Assembly (NCBI GenBank): GCA_963422205.2 | Contig: CAXMWX010000010.1 | Coordinates: forward strand, 1 to 41,005 | Length of the DNA stretch: 41,005 nt | Direction: 5' to 3' | Source of the DNA: Gammaproteobacteria bacterium | Lineage (GTDB): Bacteria; Pseudomonadota; Gammaproteobacteria; Eutrophobiales; Eutrophobiaceae | In this document: positions 19,566 to 29,762 of the stretch, in pieces | Position numbering within the stretch: the first letter of the stretch is position 1 | Layout of the letters: the number at the start of each line of letters is the position of its first letter | Program-made: the position numbers and the translations under genes | The notes under the pieces: generated by a model | Database searches by the model: none | What the model was told of the DNA's origin: nothing | The model's input: the letters and a program-made list of their open reading frames with translations, nothing else

Positions 19566-20675
19566 ATGATCTTAAGACGCTATATTCAAAAAGAAATCGC
19601 CGGGAAACTTGGCTGGATACTTGGCCTGTTATTACTGATCCTCAGCATTGATCGCTTTGTCGGCTACCTGGCCGATGCGGCGCTCGGCCAGCTCCCGGGC
19701 GATCTTATCTTGCAGATGTTGATGATGAGAATACTTGCCAGCCTGCCCAAGCTGATGCCGGTTGCTGTGTTCATTGCGGTTATTCTGGGGCTGTCACGTC
19801 TGGTTCGTGATCAGGAGTTGACCATTATCCGCAGCGCCGGGCTGGCGTTCAGGTTTCAGTTGTTATCGCTGATGCGGTTTGTGCTGGCATTCGCCTCTCT
19901 GGTATTCATCCTCGGCTTTTATGTTGCTCCCTGGGCTGAACATAATCTGGGGCTGCTAAAAGCACGCGCCAGGGCACAAGCCGATATAGCGGGCATGAAG
20001 GCGGGCAAGTTCAAGGAGTTCAGTGCCGGTGATCGCGTGCTTTATACAGAGCAACTCGCCGAGGATGCGAACTCTATGCAGCATGTTTTTCTGCAAGTGC
20101 GGCAAAATGACACGCTGGGCGTGTTGCATTCAAAAAGTGCCAGATATGAGTTTGCCGAGCGTTCGGGCAGCCGCTATATCCGGTTTCAGGATGGGCGCAG
20201 ATACATTGGCTCGCCGGGGGAGCTGGACTATCAAATAACCCGTTACCGGGCCTATGCGGTGTTGATCGAGGCGGGCAATACGGCCACCGCCCTGGGTAAA
20301 CTGGAGGCCACGCCCTCCGCCGCCCTGTTACGTTCCAGCCGGCCGGGCCATGTCGCCGAATTGCAATGGCGCCTCTCGCTGGTGCTGGCGGTGGTATTAC
20401 TGCCCGTGCTGGGGCTGGTATTAAGCCGTTACGCTTTCAGTGATCAGCGTTATTTGCCGGTGGTGATCTCCATCGCCATTTATTTTCTCTACAGCAATTT
20501 ACTGGGCATATCAAAAACCCTGGTAGAGCGGGATCAGCTGTCACCTTATCTGGGGCTTTGGTGGGTACATGTCCTGCTGATACTGATCTCCGTGTTGTTA
20601 TTTTACCTGCCTGATTGGAAAACCATCATATTCAATGCAAGTGTTGCACGGCGATCCCGGCCCGCAGAAAAATGA
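19566..20675 (+). CDS. lptF: LPS export permease LptF
   Basis: MILRRYI, DQELT, AELQWR, LGLWWVH; divergent from pepA. Confidence 0.92.
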   Translation: MILRRYIQKEIAGKLGWILGLLLLILSIDRFVGYLADAALGQLPGDLILQMLMMRILASLPKLMPVAVFIAVILGLSRLVRDQELTIIRSAGLAFRFQLLSLMRFVLAFASLVFILGFYVAPWAEHNLGLLKARARAQADIAGMKAGKFKEFSAGDRVLYTEQLAEDANSMQHVFLQVRQNDTLGVLHSKSARYEFAERSGSRYIRFQDGRRYIGSPGELDYQITRYRAYAVLIEAGNTATALGKLEATPSAALLRSSRPGHVAELQWRLSLVLAVVLLPVLGLVLSRYAFSDQRYLPVVISIAIYFLYSNLLGISKTLVERDQLSPYLGLWWVHVLLILISVLLFYLPDWKTIIFNASVARRSRPAEK

Positions 20676-21733
20676 AGCTATTGCAAGGCTATATTACCCG
20701 CCACCTGTTATGGGCTACGCTCGCCACCCTGGCGGTGCTGGTGGCGATTTTTGCTTTTTTTTCCCTGATAGATCAACTGGGGGAGACCAACAAGGGCAAT
20801 TACGGCGTGTTGAATGCCATTGTCTATGTGCTGTTGACCCTGCCGCGCCTGGCCTATGAGTTATTTCCCATCGCTGCCATGATAGGGGCGATGGCATCCT
20901 TAGGCACGCTGGCACAGCACAATGAACTGGATGTGATCAGAATATCAGGGGTTTCCAGGGCGGCATTGTGTGGTCTGCTGGTGCGATCCGCGCTGGTCAT
21001 TGTGTTGATTGGGTTGATCATCGGCGAGTTGCTGGCACCTTACAGCGAACAAAAGGCCCAGCATCAGCGCTCTATGGCGATGACGGAGAAAATCACGCTG
21101 CAAACAAAATACGGTTTCTGGGCACGCGATGGCATGAGTTTTATCAATATCAGGCAGGTGTTACCCAATGATGAGGTGCGGGAGATTTATATTTATGAGT
21201 TTGATGATAAGTCCCGTTTGCGTAACAGCATTTACTCGCCGAGGGCGCAATACATAGAGGATAACTGGATGTTGTACGATATCAGGCAGACGGTGATTGC
21301 TGAGGATGAGGTTAAGAGCAAGACCTATAAAAAGGCGCTGTGGGGTTCATTGCTGGATCCGGAGATCGTTAACCTGGTGATTATACGGCCACAGTATTTA
21401 ACGCTGTGGGGGCTGTATAATTACATTCAGTACCTGCGGCTGAACTCACAAAATGCGATACACTATGAGCAGGCGTTGTATGCCAAGCTGATGAGGCCGA
21501 TCACCATTGTTGCCATGATTATACTGGCCATACCGCTGGTGCAGGGCAATGCCCGCTTCACGGCCATAGGGCAGCGGGTATTTATCGGCGCCGTGATCGG
21601 CATGGCATTTCATTTCATTAATCTGGCATCCAGCAACCTGGGGATTGTCTATAATCTGCCGCCGCTGCTCATGGTTTGCTGGCCAACATTATTACTGCTG
21701 TTGATTCTCTACCATCTGTTACGGGAGGATTGA
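20672..21733 (+). CDS. lptG: LPS export permease LptG
   Basis: LAQHNEL...R.SG.S, GFWARDG; overlaps the lptF stop. Confidence 0.92.
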   Translation: MKLLQGYITRHLLWATLATLAVLVAIFAFFSLIDQLGETNKGNYGVLNAIVYVLLTLPRLAYELFPIAAMIGAMASLGTLAQHNELDVIRISGVSRAALCGLLVRSALVIVLIGLIIGELLAPYSEQKAQHQRSMAMTEKITLQTKYGFWARDGMSFINIRQVLPNDEVREIYIYEFDDKSRLRNSIYSPRAQYIEDNWMLYDIRQTVIAEDEVKSKTYKKALWGSLLDPEIVNLVIIRPQYLTLWGLYNYIQYLRLNSQNAIHYEQALYAKLMRPITIVAMIILAIPLVQGNARFTAIGQRVFIGAVIGMAFHFINLASSNLGIVYNLPPLLMVCWPTLLLLLILYHLLRED

Positions 21734-21748
21734 TCTTTGCGACGGGTT

Positions 21749-22174
21749 TTATTTTATCACGACAAGATAGGTCTTTGAGGCCAGATCATGCAGGGTTTTA
21801 TGTTGTCTATCAAACACGGCATAGAAAAATCCCAGCCCGCATACCAGAGACGACAGCAAGGCAAACAAAAAACGCAGGCAGAGCCGGCCCCACCCCGGCC
21901 TGCTTTGATCAGCATTCACGATATGGATATGCCATGCCTTCATCCCCAGGGTCTGCCCGCCCTTGTGCCACTGCCAGATGAAGTACAGGCCGCTTACTGA
22001 TATCAGATACAGTGCATAGAAAATATTCCCGCTGCTGACCGCCTGCCCGCCGGTCACGGGCAGCAGCAGTGCGGTGGCGAGAAATAATACCGCAATCAGC
22101 AGGCAGCCATCATAGACAACGGCAAACACTCTTCTGCTGATGCGGCAATAATCGGGATTATCAGGCATGTTCAT
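21749..22174 (-). CDS. RDD family membrane protein
   Basis: RRVFAVVYD, GQTLGMKAW, TLHDLASKT. Confidence 0.9.
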   Translation of the reverse strand: MNMPDNPDYCRISRRVFAVVYDGCLLIAVLFLATALLLPVTGGQAVSSGNIFYALYLISVSGLYFIWQWHKGGQTLGMKAWHIHIVNADQSRPGWGRLCLRFLFALLSSLVCGLGFFYAVFDRQHKTLHDLASKTYLVVIK

Positions 22175-22258
22175 GCGTTAAAATACCGGTAGTATAATCC
22201 TTATACTCGTCTATTATTACCAGTATAAGATGAGGCTAATTAAGGGCAGGTGATCGGC

Positions 22259-23206
22259 ATGTCAAAGTACACACGCTGTTTGGGCAGGGTGGCTGTTATG
22301 ATGGCCGCCTGGCTTTGCTCGCTGGCGGTTAATGCACAGCAAAGACCGCCGCCGCCGGGCAGGCTGGTTGATGTCGGTGGTTATCGCCTGCATATTGATT
22401 GTCGTGGTATTGGCCGTCCGGTCGTGATTCTGGATTCGGGTGCTGGCGGATTTTCCCTGGAGTGGATTCGAATTCAGGAAGCCCTGTCCAGGGAGCATCG
22501 GGTTTGCAGTTATGATCGGGCCGGCTATGGCTGGAGTGATATCGGGCCGCTGCCACGCACCAGCGATCGGATCGCCAGAGAGTTGAAGTTATTATTAAGC
22601 AACAGCCACCTGCCCGGCCCCTACATTTTGGTGGGGCATTCGTTTGGCGGTTTCACCGCACAGTATTTTGCCCGTGAATTTCCCGAAGCAACGCAGGCGA
22701 TCGTGTTGATTGAATCCTCTCATCCTCAACAGGCCAACCGACTGCCCGCCCCCCGCCCCAGGCTGACACACCCGCCTGCGTCGACATCCTGGCGCGAAGG
22801 CCGATACTATACCCGCTCCTATACAGTGACCCGGCCGGTGTTGCCGCCTAACTATCCGACGGAAGTCGTCAATATTGCCTGGCCTATGATTTCATCTCGA
22901 CAACATGTCATGACCTGGCGTGAGGAGATGATGAGTCTCGCCCTCAGCGGTGCAAGGCTGGCGCGCGCCCGGCCGATGCCGAATATACCGGTTGTCGTCA
23001 TTACCCGCGGCAAGCAGGTGTGGCCGGCGAATGAACACGGCAGTGAGATGGAACGAGTCTGGATGGAGCTTCAGGATGAATTATCTGTTCTCAGTGCTGA
23101 CAGCATACACTTGATTGCCGAGCGCAGCGGGCATCTGGTGCATCTTGATCAGCCGGAATATGTGCTGAATGCCTTGACGGTTTTACTGGATAAAAAAAAT
23201 CAATAA
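22259..23206 (+). CDS. Exported alpha/beta hydrolase
   Basis: Signal peptide, YDRAGYGWS, nucleophile elbow GHSFG, SGHLVH. Confidence 0.9.
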   Translation: MSKYTRCLGRVAVMMAAWLCSLAVNAQQRPPPPGRLVDVGGYRLHIDCRGIGRPVVILDSGAGGFSLEWIRIQEALSREHRVCSYDRAGYGWSDIGPLPRTSDRIARELKLLLSNSHLPGPYILVGHSFGGFTAQYFAREFPEATQAIVLIESSHPQQANRLPAPRPRLTHPPASTSWREGRYYTRSYTVTRPVLPPNYPTEVVNIAWPMISSRQHVMTWREEMMSLALSGARLARARPMPNIPVVVITRGKQVWPANEHGSEMERVWMELQDELSVLSADSIHLIAERSGHLVHLDQPEYVLNALTVLLDKKNQ

Positions 23207-23276
23207 GGTGTGTATGCCGGTTGATCGGTGTTCGTTATAAATCCTGACGTGCTAATGGCGATTGGCAAGGTATAAT

Positions 23277-23352
23277 TGGTGCTCCCTAGGGGACTCGAAC
23301 CCCTGTTACCGGCGTGAGAGGCCAGCGTCCTGGACCGCTAGACGAAGGGAGC
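23277..23352 (-). tRNA. tRNA-Glu, anticodon CUC
   Basis: GCTCCCTTCGTCTAGCGGTCCAGGACGCTGGC-CTCTCAC-GCCGGTAACAGGGGTTCGAGTCCCCTAGGGAGCACCA; 76 nt, CCA encoded. Confidence 0.96.
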
Positions 23353-23480
23353 ATGGCGGCGGCATGGCAGAATGTATACTATAGCATGCCCCGGCAGTTT
23401 CTCACATGCCGATATTAAATGCAGATTCTGCCGCCATCAGGGGTATAATGCCCGCACTTTAAGACACTTCTGTATAATTC

Positions 23481-24791
23481 ATGACGTCCAGCCAGGCTGA
23501 TAACCTCCGTTACCTGCATAAACAAGCCGTGGTGTATCCGCGCCCCACACACTGCATCTCCCGCCAGCAGATCAGTGATGCTGCCCTGAGTACCCTGTAT
23601 CGCTTGAGCAAGGCGGGTTTTCAGGCGCACCTTGTCGGCGGCAGTGTCAGGGATTTGCTGCTTGGCCGGGAGCCGAAGGATTTTGACGTGGTCACCGATG
23701 CCAGGCCGACGCAGGTGCGTGAGTTATTCAGAAACAGCCGGCTTATTGGTCGCCGATTTCGCCTTGCTCATGTGCGTTATGGTCGTGGGATTATTGAAGT
23801 CTCGACTTTTCGCGCCCCGCATGATGTTGCCGCCGGCGATGGTCATACGGTGGGCGGGCGCATTGTCCGTGACAATGTGTATGGCAGCATGGATGAGGAT
23901 GTCTGGCGGCGTGATTTTACGGTCAATGCCCTGTTCTATAACATCAGGGATCACTCGGTTGTGGATTATGTCGATGGCATGAGCGATATCCAATCCGGGC
24001 AGATCAGGTTAATCGGCCACCCTGAGCAGCGCTTTGTTGAAGACCCGGTCAGGTTGTTGCGCGCCGTGCGTTTTGCCACCAGGCTGGGTTTTGTGATCGA
24101 TACCGATGTGGCCCGATACCTGAACGAGCTGGCGCCGTTGCTGGCGGATGTGTCGGCTGCGCGCCTGTTTGAGGAGTGTTTGAAGATGTTCCTCGGCGGG
24201 GTTGCCTTGCAGACCTTCGAGCAGTTGCGCCATTATGATCTGTTTGCTGCCCTGTTCCCGCAGACCGAGGCCGCACTTGCCTTCGAAGCAGATGGCCTCC
24301 CGCTCACCTTTCTAAGCCGTGCGCTGGACAATACCGACCGGCGGCTGGCCGAGGATAAGCCCGTGGCGCCCGGTTTTTTGATCGCCGCCTTGCTGTGGTT
24401 GCCGATGGTGCGCCTGAGCCAGGAATATATCGCCCAGGGACAGCGCCCGCATGAGGCGATTATGCTGGCCAGCGATGTGGTGATCTTGCGGCAGATTCGC
24501 AACACCGCCATTCCTCGACGGTTCAGTCAGATGGCGCGCGATATCTGGCAACTACAGCCACGGTTAGTGAGCCAGCCCCATCGGCGGCCAATGGCCTTGT
24601 TGCAGCACCCGAGGTTCAGGGCGGCTTATGATTTTCTGTTATTGCGTGCCGAGTCCGGTGAGGATGTCAAACAACAGGCGGCATGGTGGACAGAATTCCA
24701 GCAGGGGAATGCCGTGCAAACGAAAGAGTGCAGCAGCAGAGGGTATCGCCAGAGACGCCGTAAACCGAAAGACTTCACGGGCAATGGTTGA
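23481..24791 (+). CDS. pcnB: Poly(A) polymerase I
   Basis: VGGSVRDLLLG, KDFDV, LIGRRFRLAHV, RRDFTVNA, EDPVRLLRA, HPRFRAAYDFL. Confidence 0.96.
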   Translation: MTSSQADNLRYLHKQAVVYPRPTHCISRQQISDAALSTLYRLSKAGFQAHLVGGSVRDLLLGREPKDFDVVTDARPTQVRELFRNSRLIGRRFRLAHVRYGRGIIEVSTFRAPHDVAAGDGHTVGGRIVRDNVYGSMDEDVWRRDFTVNALFYNIRDHSVVDYVDGMSDIQSGQIRLIGHPEQRFVEDPVRLLRAVRFATRLGFVIDTDVARYLNELAPLLADVSAARLFEECLKMFLGGVALQTFEQLRHYDLFAALFPQTEAALAFEADGLPLTFLSRALDNTDRRLAEDKPVAPGFLIAALLWLPMVRLSQEYIAQGQRPHEAIMLASDVVILRQIRNTAIPRRFSQMARDIWQLQPRLVSQPHRRPMALLQHPRFRAAYDFLLLRAESGEDVKQQAAWWTEFQQGNAVQTKECSSRGYRQRRRKPKDFTGNG

Positions 24792-25290
24792 CTGTTATAT
24801 TGGCCTGGGAAGTAATATGGGCAGTGATTCAGGCGAACCTGTCGATCAGGTAAACAGTGCCTTGCAGGCCCTGGCCGGGTTGCAACAGATGCGCCTGCTG
24901 GCCTGCTCTTCGTTGTATGTCACAAGGCCAATCGGCCCGATAGCACAGGCGGATTTTGTCAATGCCGTTGCCCTGCTGGCGACTTCGCTGAAACCCGCCC
25001 GGCTGTTGGCCGAATTACAACGGATTGAAGAGCAGCACGATCGGATTCGCATCGGCGAGCGCTGGGGGCCGAGGACGCTGGATTTGGATATATTGCTCTA
25101 TGGTGAGTTACAGATAGCCGGGCCGGATTTGACGGTGCCGCATCTTCAGATCAGCCGCCGTGCTTTTGTGCTGGTGCCGTTGCTGGAGTTAAATGCCGAG
25201 TTAATGATCCCCGGCCACGGCCAGGTGGCCGACTTGCTGTCAGCCGTTGATCAAACCGGGGTGCAGAAGATGGCTTGGCATAATGCGTAA
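24784..25290 (+). CDS. folK: HPPK (6-hydroxymethyl-dihydropterin pyrophosphokinase)
   Basis: YIGLGSN, DFVNAV, RWGPRTLDLDILLY, RAFVLVPL. Confidence 0.95.
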   Translation: MVDCYIGLGSNMGSDSGEPVDQVNSALQALAGLQQMRLLACSSLYVTRPIGPIAQADFVNAVALLATSLKPARLLAELQRIEEQHDRIRIGERWGPRTLDLDILLYGELQIAGPDLTVPHLQISRRAFVLVPLLELNAELMIPGHGQVADLLSAVDQTGVQKMAWHNA

Positions 25291-25918
25291 GGCAGCACCG
25301 CAATTTATCGTTGTTGAGGGCCCTGTTGGTGTCGGCAAGACCACGCTGGCCCAGCGCCTGGCAATGACGTTTAACGTTGATCTCATGCTGGAGAATGTGG
25401 CTGATAATCCTTTTCTGCCACGTTTTTATGAAGACCCGAAGGCCGTGGCATTAGCCACACAACTGTATTTTCTATGCCAGCGTGCCCGGTTAATCAATCC
25501 CTTAAAACAGGCTGACATGTTCAAGCCGGCAAAAGTGGCGGATTTTCTTATACAAAAAGACCAGCTGTTTGCCGGCGTGACGCTCAATGCACAAGAGCTG
25601 GATTTATACTACCAAGTGTATAATCACATGATGCTGGAAGCACCCGTTCCTGATCTGGTGATTTATCTGCAAGCACCGACCGCTGTGCTGATGGAGCGGA
25701 TCTATGGCAGTGAGGTGGAATACGTGAAACATATCAGTGAAGAATACGTGCAACGCATCGCTGATGCCTATGTTGCGTTCTTTTATCATTATCACGACTC
25801 GCCGCTGCTGATCGTCAATACGGCCGATTTTAACTTAGCTGCCGGCGCCGATGATTATAATATGTTGCTGGGGCATATCAGCGATATTGGCCCGGGGCGG
25901 CATTACTTTAACCCATAA
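25283..25918 (+). CDS. Deoxynucleoside kinase
   Basis: VEGPVGVGKTT, NPFLPRFY, PDLVIYLQA. Confidence 0.9.
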   Translation: MRKAAPQFIVVEGPVGVGKTTLAQRLAMTFNVDLMLENVADNPFLPRFYEDPKAVALATQLYFLCQRARLINPLKQADMFKPAKVADFLIQKDQLFAGVTLNAQELDLYYQVYNHMMLEAPVPDLVIYLQAPTAVLMERIYGSEVEYVKHISEEYVQRIADAYVAFFYHYHDSPLLIVNTADFNLAAGADDYNMLLGHISDIGPGRHYFNP

Positions 25919-25932
25919 GCGTTATCAACATC

Positions 25933-26727
25933 ATGCAGCAAATGACACTGACAAGGCTTCAGCAGATGAAGCGCACCGGTGAGAAGATCGTCAGCTTAAC
26001 AGCCTATGATGCGAGCTTTGCACGTATTATAGATTCGGCCGGGGTTGAGCTTGTCCTGGTCGGCGACTCGCTGGGCATGGTCCTGCACGGTCGGGAAGAT
26101 ACGCTGGCGGTCACGGTCGATGAGATGATCTACCATAGCCGGATGGTCGCCGCTGCATGTCAGCATGCCCTGGTAGTGGTGGACATGCCGTATCGCTCGT
26201 ATGAGAGAAAAACGGCGGCGGCTGATAATGCCCGGCGCTTACTGGCCGAAGGCCGGGCAGCGGTGGTCAAGATAGAGGGCGGCAGAGACAAGGCCGAGAT
26301 CGCCGCCCACCTGGTCGATGCCGGCATACCGGTATGCGGTCACATCGGCCTGCAACCCCAGTCGATAAAGCGCTACGGGGGTTACAAGGTGCAGGGCAGG
26401 ACAGCGGCCGGGGCGGCGGCGCTGCTGGCCGATGCCGATGCGCTGGAGCAGGCCGGTGTCAGCCTGATCGTGCTGGAATGTATCCCTGAGCAACTGGCCA
26501 GGCAGATCACCGAGCGTATCTCAATACCGACGATCGGCATCGGGGCGGGGGTGCATTGCGATGGTCAGGTGCTGGTCATCTATGACTTGCTTGGGATTTC
26601 CGGCCAGACGCCGCGCATGGCGAAAAATTATTTGCCGCCGGCGATGAGTATTGATGATGCCATACAGGCGTATATCGCCGAGGTAAAAAATAAAATTTTC
26701 CCTGCATCTGAACATACATTTCAGTAG
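25933..26727 (+). CDS. panB: Ketopantoate hydroxymethyltransferase
   Basis: LTAYD, LVGDSLGM, VKIEGG, GHIGLQPQ, TIGIGAG..CDGQVLV. Confidence 0.97.
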   Translation: MQQMTLTRLQQMKRTGEKIVSLTAYDASFARIIDSAGVELVLVGDSLGMVLHGREDTLAVTVDEMIYHSRMVAAACQHALVVVDMPYRSYERKTAAADNARRLLAEGRAAVVKIEGGRDKAEIAAHLVDAGIPVCGHIGLQPQSIKRYGGYKVQGRTAAGAAALLADADALEQAGVSLIVLECIPEQLARQITERISIPTIGIGAGVHCDGQVLVIYDLLGISGQTPRMAKNYLPPAMSIDDAIQAYIAEVKNKIFPASEHTFQ

Positions 26728-26807
26728 TATGTGCAGCCCATTGTTTGCAGGAGGATAACTGACGGGTGGACAGGCCATCCACAGCACCATCAAGCACGGC
26801 CGGCACG

Positions 26808-27659
26808 ATGCAGCACCTCAGCAGCCTGGATCAGTTGCGGGCGCATATCGCCGTATGGAAGGCTGCCGGAGAGACGATCGCGTTCGTGCCGACGATGGGC
26901 AACCTGCATGGCGGGCATCTGTCTTTGCTTGCCCGTGCGGATACGTTGGCGATGCACACCGTGGTCAGCATCTTTGTCAATCCCATACAGTTTGGCAAGG
27001 GCGAGGACTATGCCAGATACCCCAGCACGCTTACGGCGGATAAACATAAATTAATGGCTTGCGGTTTGGATCTGTTGTTCAGCCCCGATCTTAACCAGCT
27101 CTATCCCGGCGGCACAGAGATTGACAGCCGAATCAACGTCCCTGAATTGTCCGATATACTCTGTGGCAGATTCAGGCAGGGGCATTTCTCCGGCGTTGCC
27201 ACAGTGCTGACCAAGTTGTTCTTTAATGTGCAGCCGGATTTTGCCCTGTTCGGTGAGAAGGACTATCAGCAACTGCTGGTCATCAAGCGGGTTGTCCGTG
27301 ATCTGTGCATTCCGGTTGACATCATCGCCATGCCTACGGTCAGGGAACATGATGGCCTGGCCATGTCATCTCGCAATGTCTATCTTGATACGGAACAAAG
27401 AGCAATCGCACCGAGGATCTATGAGGTGTTAAATCAGCTTGCCGAAAAATTAAAACATGGAACAGACAAACTCGCCGCACTCGAACAGCAGGGGGTTGCC
27501 TTGCTGGAACAGGCCGGCCTGACAGTGGAATACGTCAGTATCAGGCGCTCGGCTGATCTGGCCGAGGTGCAGCCGGGGGATAAGGCGCTGTCGATTCTGG
27601 CGGCGGCCTGGCTGGGTGAGACACGTTTGATCGATAATATCAAAATCACGCTGGAGTAA
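26808..27659 (+). CDS. panC: Pantoate--beta-alanine ligase
   Basis: FVPTMGNLHGGH, SIFVNP.QF, FGEKDYQQ, GLAMSSRN, RLIDN. Confidence 0.97.
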   Translation: MQHLSSLDQLRAHIAVWKAAGETIAFVPTMGNLHGGHLSLLARADTLAMHTVVSIFVNPIQFGKGEDYARYPSTLTADKHKLMACGLDLLFSPDLNQLYPGGTEIDSRINVPELSDILCGRFRQGHFSGVATVLTKLFFNVQPDFALFGEKDYQQLLVIKRVVRDLCIPVDIIAMPTVREHDGLAMSSRNVYLDTEQRAIAPRIYEVLNQLAEKLKHGTDKLAALEQQGVALLEQAGLTVEYVSIRRSADLAEVQPGDKALSILAAAWLGETRLIDNIKITLE

Positions 27660-27735
27660 TTATGGCTGGCGGCACCGCTTCAAGGTTCAGGGCAATGCGG
27701 GGCTGATCTGTCTTTGCCTGTGATACCATGGTGGC

Positions 27736-28482
27736 ATGGATAAGCGCATGGGCAAAGCGGGCGCCGCTACGGCCTGCCTGATCATCATCGGCAATGAGAT
27801 ATTATCTGGCCGCACCCGTGATGAGAACCTGCCATTTATCGGCCAGCAATGCGACCGGCTGGGCATTGCGTTGAGGGCCTGCCAGGTGATCCCGGACGAT
27901 GCCGAGGCCATCATCGAGACGATCAATGATTGCCGGGGCCGGTTCAGCTATGTGTTTACCACCGGTGGCATCGGCCCTACCCATGATGATATTACCAGTG
28001 CGGCGGTGGCCCGGGCCTTTGCCGTTAAGCTGCAACAGCATCCGGCGGCGGTGGCGGTGTTGCGGGCCTATTATGCACCGGACGGCTTGACAGCCGCCCG
28101 CCTGAAGATGGCCGATGTTCCGGCGACCGCCCGCCTGATAGATAACCCGGTGAGCGCTGCCCCGGGCTTTCAAATCGAAAACGTGTTTGTTTTGCCCGGC
28201 ATCCCCATGCTCATGCAGACCATGTTTGCTGGCATAACCGACCGGCTGATTGGCGGTGCGCCGATGTTGACCCACACGGTGACGGCTGCTCTGCCAGAGA
28301 GCCGGCTGGCGGCTGGCCTGGGGGAGTTGCAGGCAGCATTCCCGGAGGTCGTGATCGGCAGCTACCCGTATTATCGGGAAAGCGGCCCCGGGGTGAATAT
28401 CGTGCTGCGCCATACCAGCACCGCCTTGCTGGCAGAGCTGGCCCTGCAGGTAGAGAAATTGATACAGGGTTGTATGAGATAG
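27736..28482 (+). CDS. CinA-like / molybdopterin-binding domain protein
   Basis: IIGNEILSGRTRDEN, TTGGIGPTHDDIT, LPGIP, IGSYP. Confidence 0.88.
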   Translation: MDKRMGKAGAATACLIIIGNEILSGRTRDENLPFIGQQCDRLGIALRACQVIPDDAEAIIETINDCRGRFSYVFTTGGIGPTHDDITSAAVARAFAVKLQQHPAAVAVLRAYYAPDGLTAARLKMADVPATARLIDNPVSAAPGFQIENVFVLPGIPMLMQTMFAGITDRLIGGAPMLTHTVTAALPESRLAAGLGELQAAFPEVVIGSYPYYRESGPGVNIVLRHTSTALLAELALQVEKLIQGCMR

Positions 28483-28491
28483 CGGCTATGG

Positions 28492-28911
28492 CTATGAGGC
28501 TTGCCAGTTACGACTGCCATGCTCGGCATAACAGGTCTCGGTCTCCCACAGCCTGACCCTGATGACCGGGTAGCCGGCCTGCTGCATTTTTTCATATAAC
28601 AGCGCGGCGATATTCTCGGCGGTGGGGTTTTGCTGCATCATGAAATACGGCTCATTGTGCTGCTCCAACAGGGCAATCAACGGGTCATCTTGATGTAGCA
28701 GCAGTTTATGGTCGATATGCTGATCTATCCAGCCTTTGGCCGCCTGATAGACAGCAGAAAAATCGATCAGAATGCCCTGGCTGTTAAGCGCATTGCCGGC
28801 CAACATGAACTCAGCACGCCCGTTATGGCCGTGGATATTGGCGCATTTACCATCGTAGTCCAGCAATCTGTGTCCGTAACAGAAGCTGACTGACTTCATT
28901 ATCTGATACAT
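28492..28911 (-). CDS. queD: 6-carboxytetrahydropterin synthase
   Basis: GHRL, CANIHGHN, DHKLL, NPTAENIA, RLWET. Confidence 0.9.
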   Translation of the reverse strand: MYQIMKSVSFCYGHRLLDYDGKCANIHGHNGRAEFMLAGNALNSQGILIDFSAVYQAAKGWIDQHIDHKLLLHQDDPLIALLEQHNEPYFMMQQNPTAENIAALLYEKMQQAGYPVIRVRLWETETCYAEHGSRNWQAS

Positions 28912-29042
28912 CGTGGTGTTAAGGGTATTAGGGGGTTATGTGCTGTGGTGTTATTATGTGAGCAAGCCGGATGCCAAGTCTATGATTTTTTGGGCGGGGC
29001 GACTTTACAGTAACTGGCCGGGCGAGTGATGAGGTGTTTGCC

Positions 29043-29753
29043 ATGCAGGTCGATAAAACGATTGCAACACAACGGGGCGACTGGTCATTTGGTGCTGATG
29101 TCATCAGCGCTTTTCAGCCACATATCGAAAGATCAATCCCGTTCTACCATGAAGGCCATGCGCTGATTTGCCAGCTCAGTGATTTCTTTGCGCTGCCCGA
29201 CAGCGTGATCTATGAACTGGGTTGTTCAACGGGCGTGTTGTTGCGGCGTTTATTCGAACACAACAAGCACAAAAAAAACATTCAGTGGATCGGGCTTGAC
29301 AAGGAAGAGGGGATGGTGAATTTTGCCCGGCAATCCGGCGATGCCGAGGAGGGGCTGGCGTTTTTTTGTGAGGATATACTCAATTACGGGTATGTGAAAG
29401 CCGACATGTTCATCGCCTATTATACGATGCAGTTCATTGAGGAGCGGCACCGGCAGGCGTTGTTTGATACCCTCTATGAGCGCCTGAACTGGGGCGGTGC
29501 TGTTATCCTGTTTGAGAAGGTCGGCGCACCGGATGCCAGGTTCCAGGACATGATGTCGTGCCTGTATCGTGAATACAAGGAGGCAAACGGCTTCACTGCC
29601 GCCGAGGTGTTAAACAAAGAGCAGAGCCTGAAGGGAATTTTAAGGCCGTTTTCAAGCCAGGGCAACACAGACCTGCTCAGGCGGGCGGGTTTTACCGACA
29701 TCATGACCATCATGAAGTACGTGTCATTTGAGGGATTTCTGGCAATCAAATAA
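29043..29753 (+). CDS. CmoA-like SAM-binding protein / methyltransferase
   Basis: WSF...RSIPFY, YELGCSTG, YTMQF, FEKV, AGF; similar to CmoA but with motif changes (see findings). Confidence 0.8.
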   Translation: MQVDKTIATQRGDWSFGADVISAFQPHIERSIPFYHEGHALICQLSDFFALPDSVIYELGCSTGVLLRRLFEHNKHKKNIQWIGLDKEEGMVNFARQSGDAEEGLAFFCEDILNYGYVKADMFIAYYTMQFIEERHRQALFDTLYERLNWGGAVILFEKVGAPDARFQDMMSCLYREYKEANGFTAAEVLNKEQSLKGILRPFSSQGNTDLLRRAGFTDIMTIMKYVSFEGFLAIK

Positions 29754-29762
29754 CGAAAAGCG

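Noticed and set aside
23207-23276. Integrative element at the tRNA-Glu 3' end
   Set aside because: No integrase and no duplicated tRNA end seen; flanking genes are ordinary
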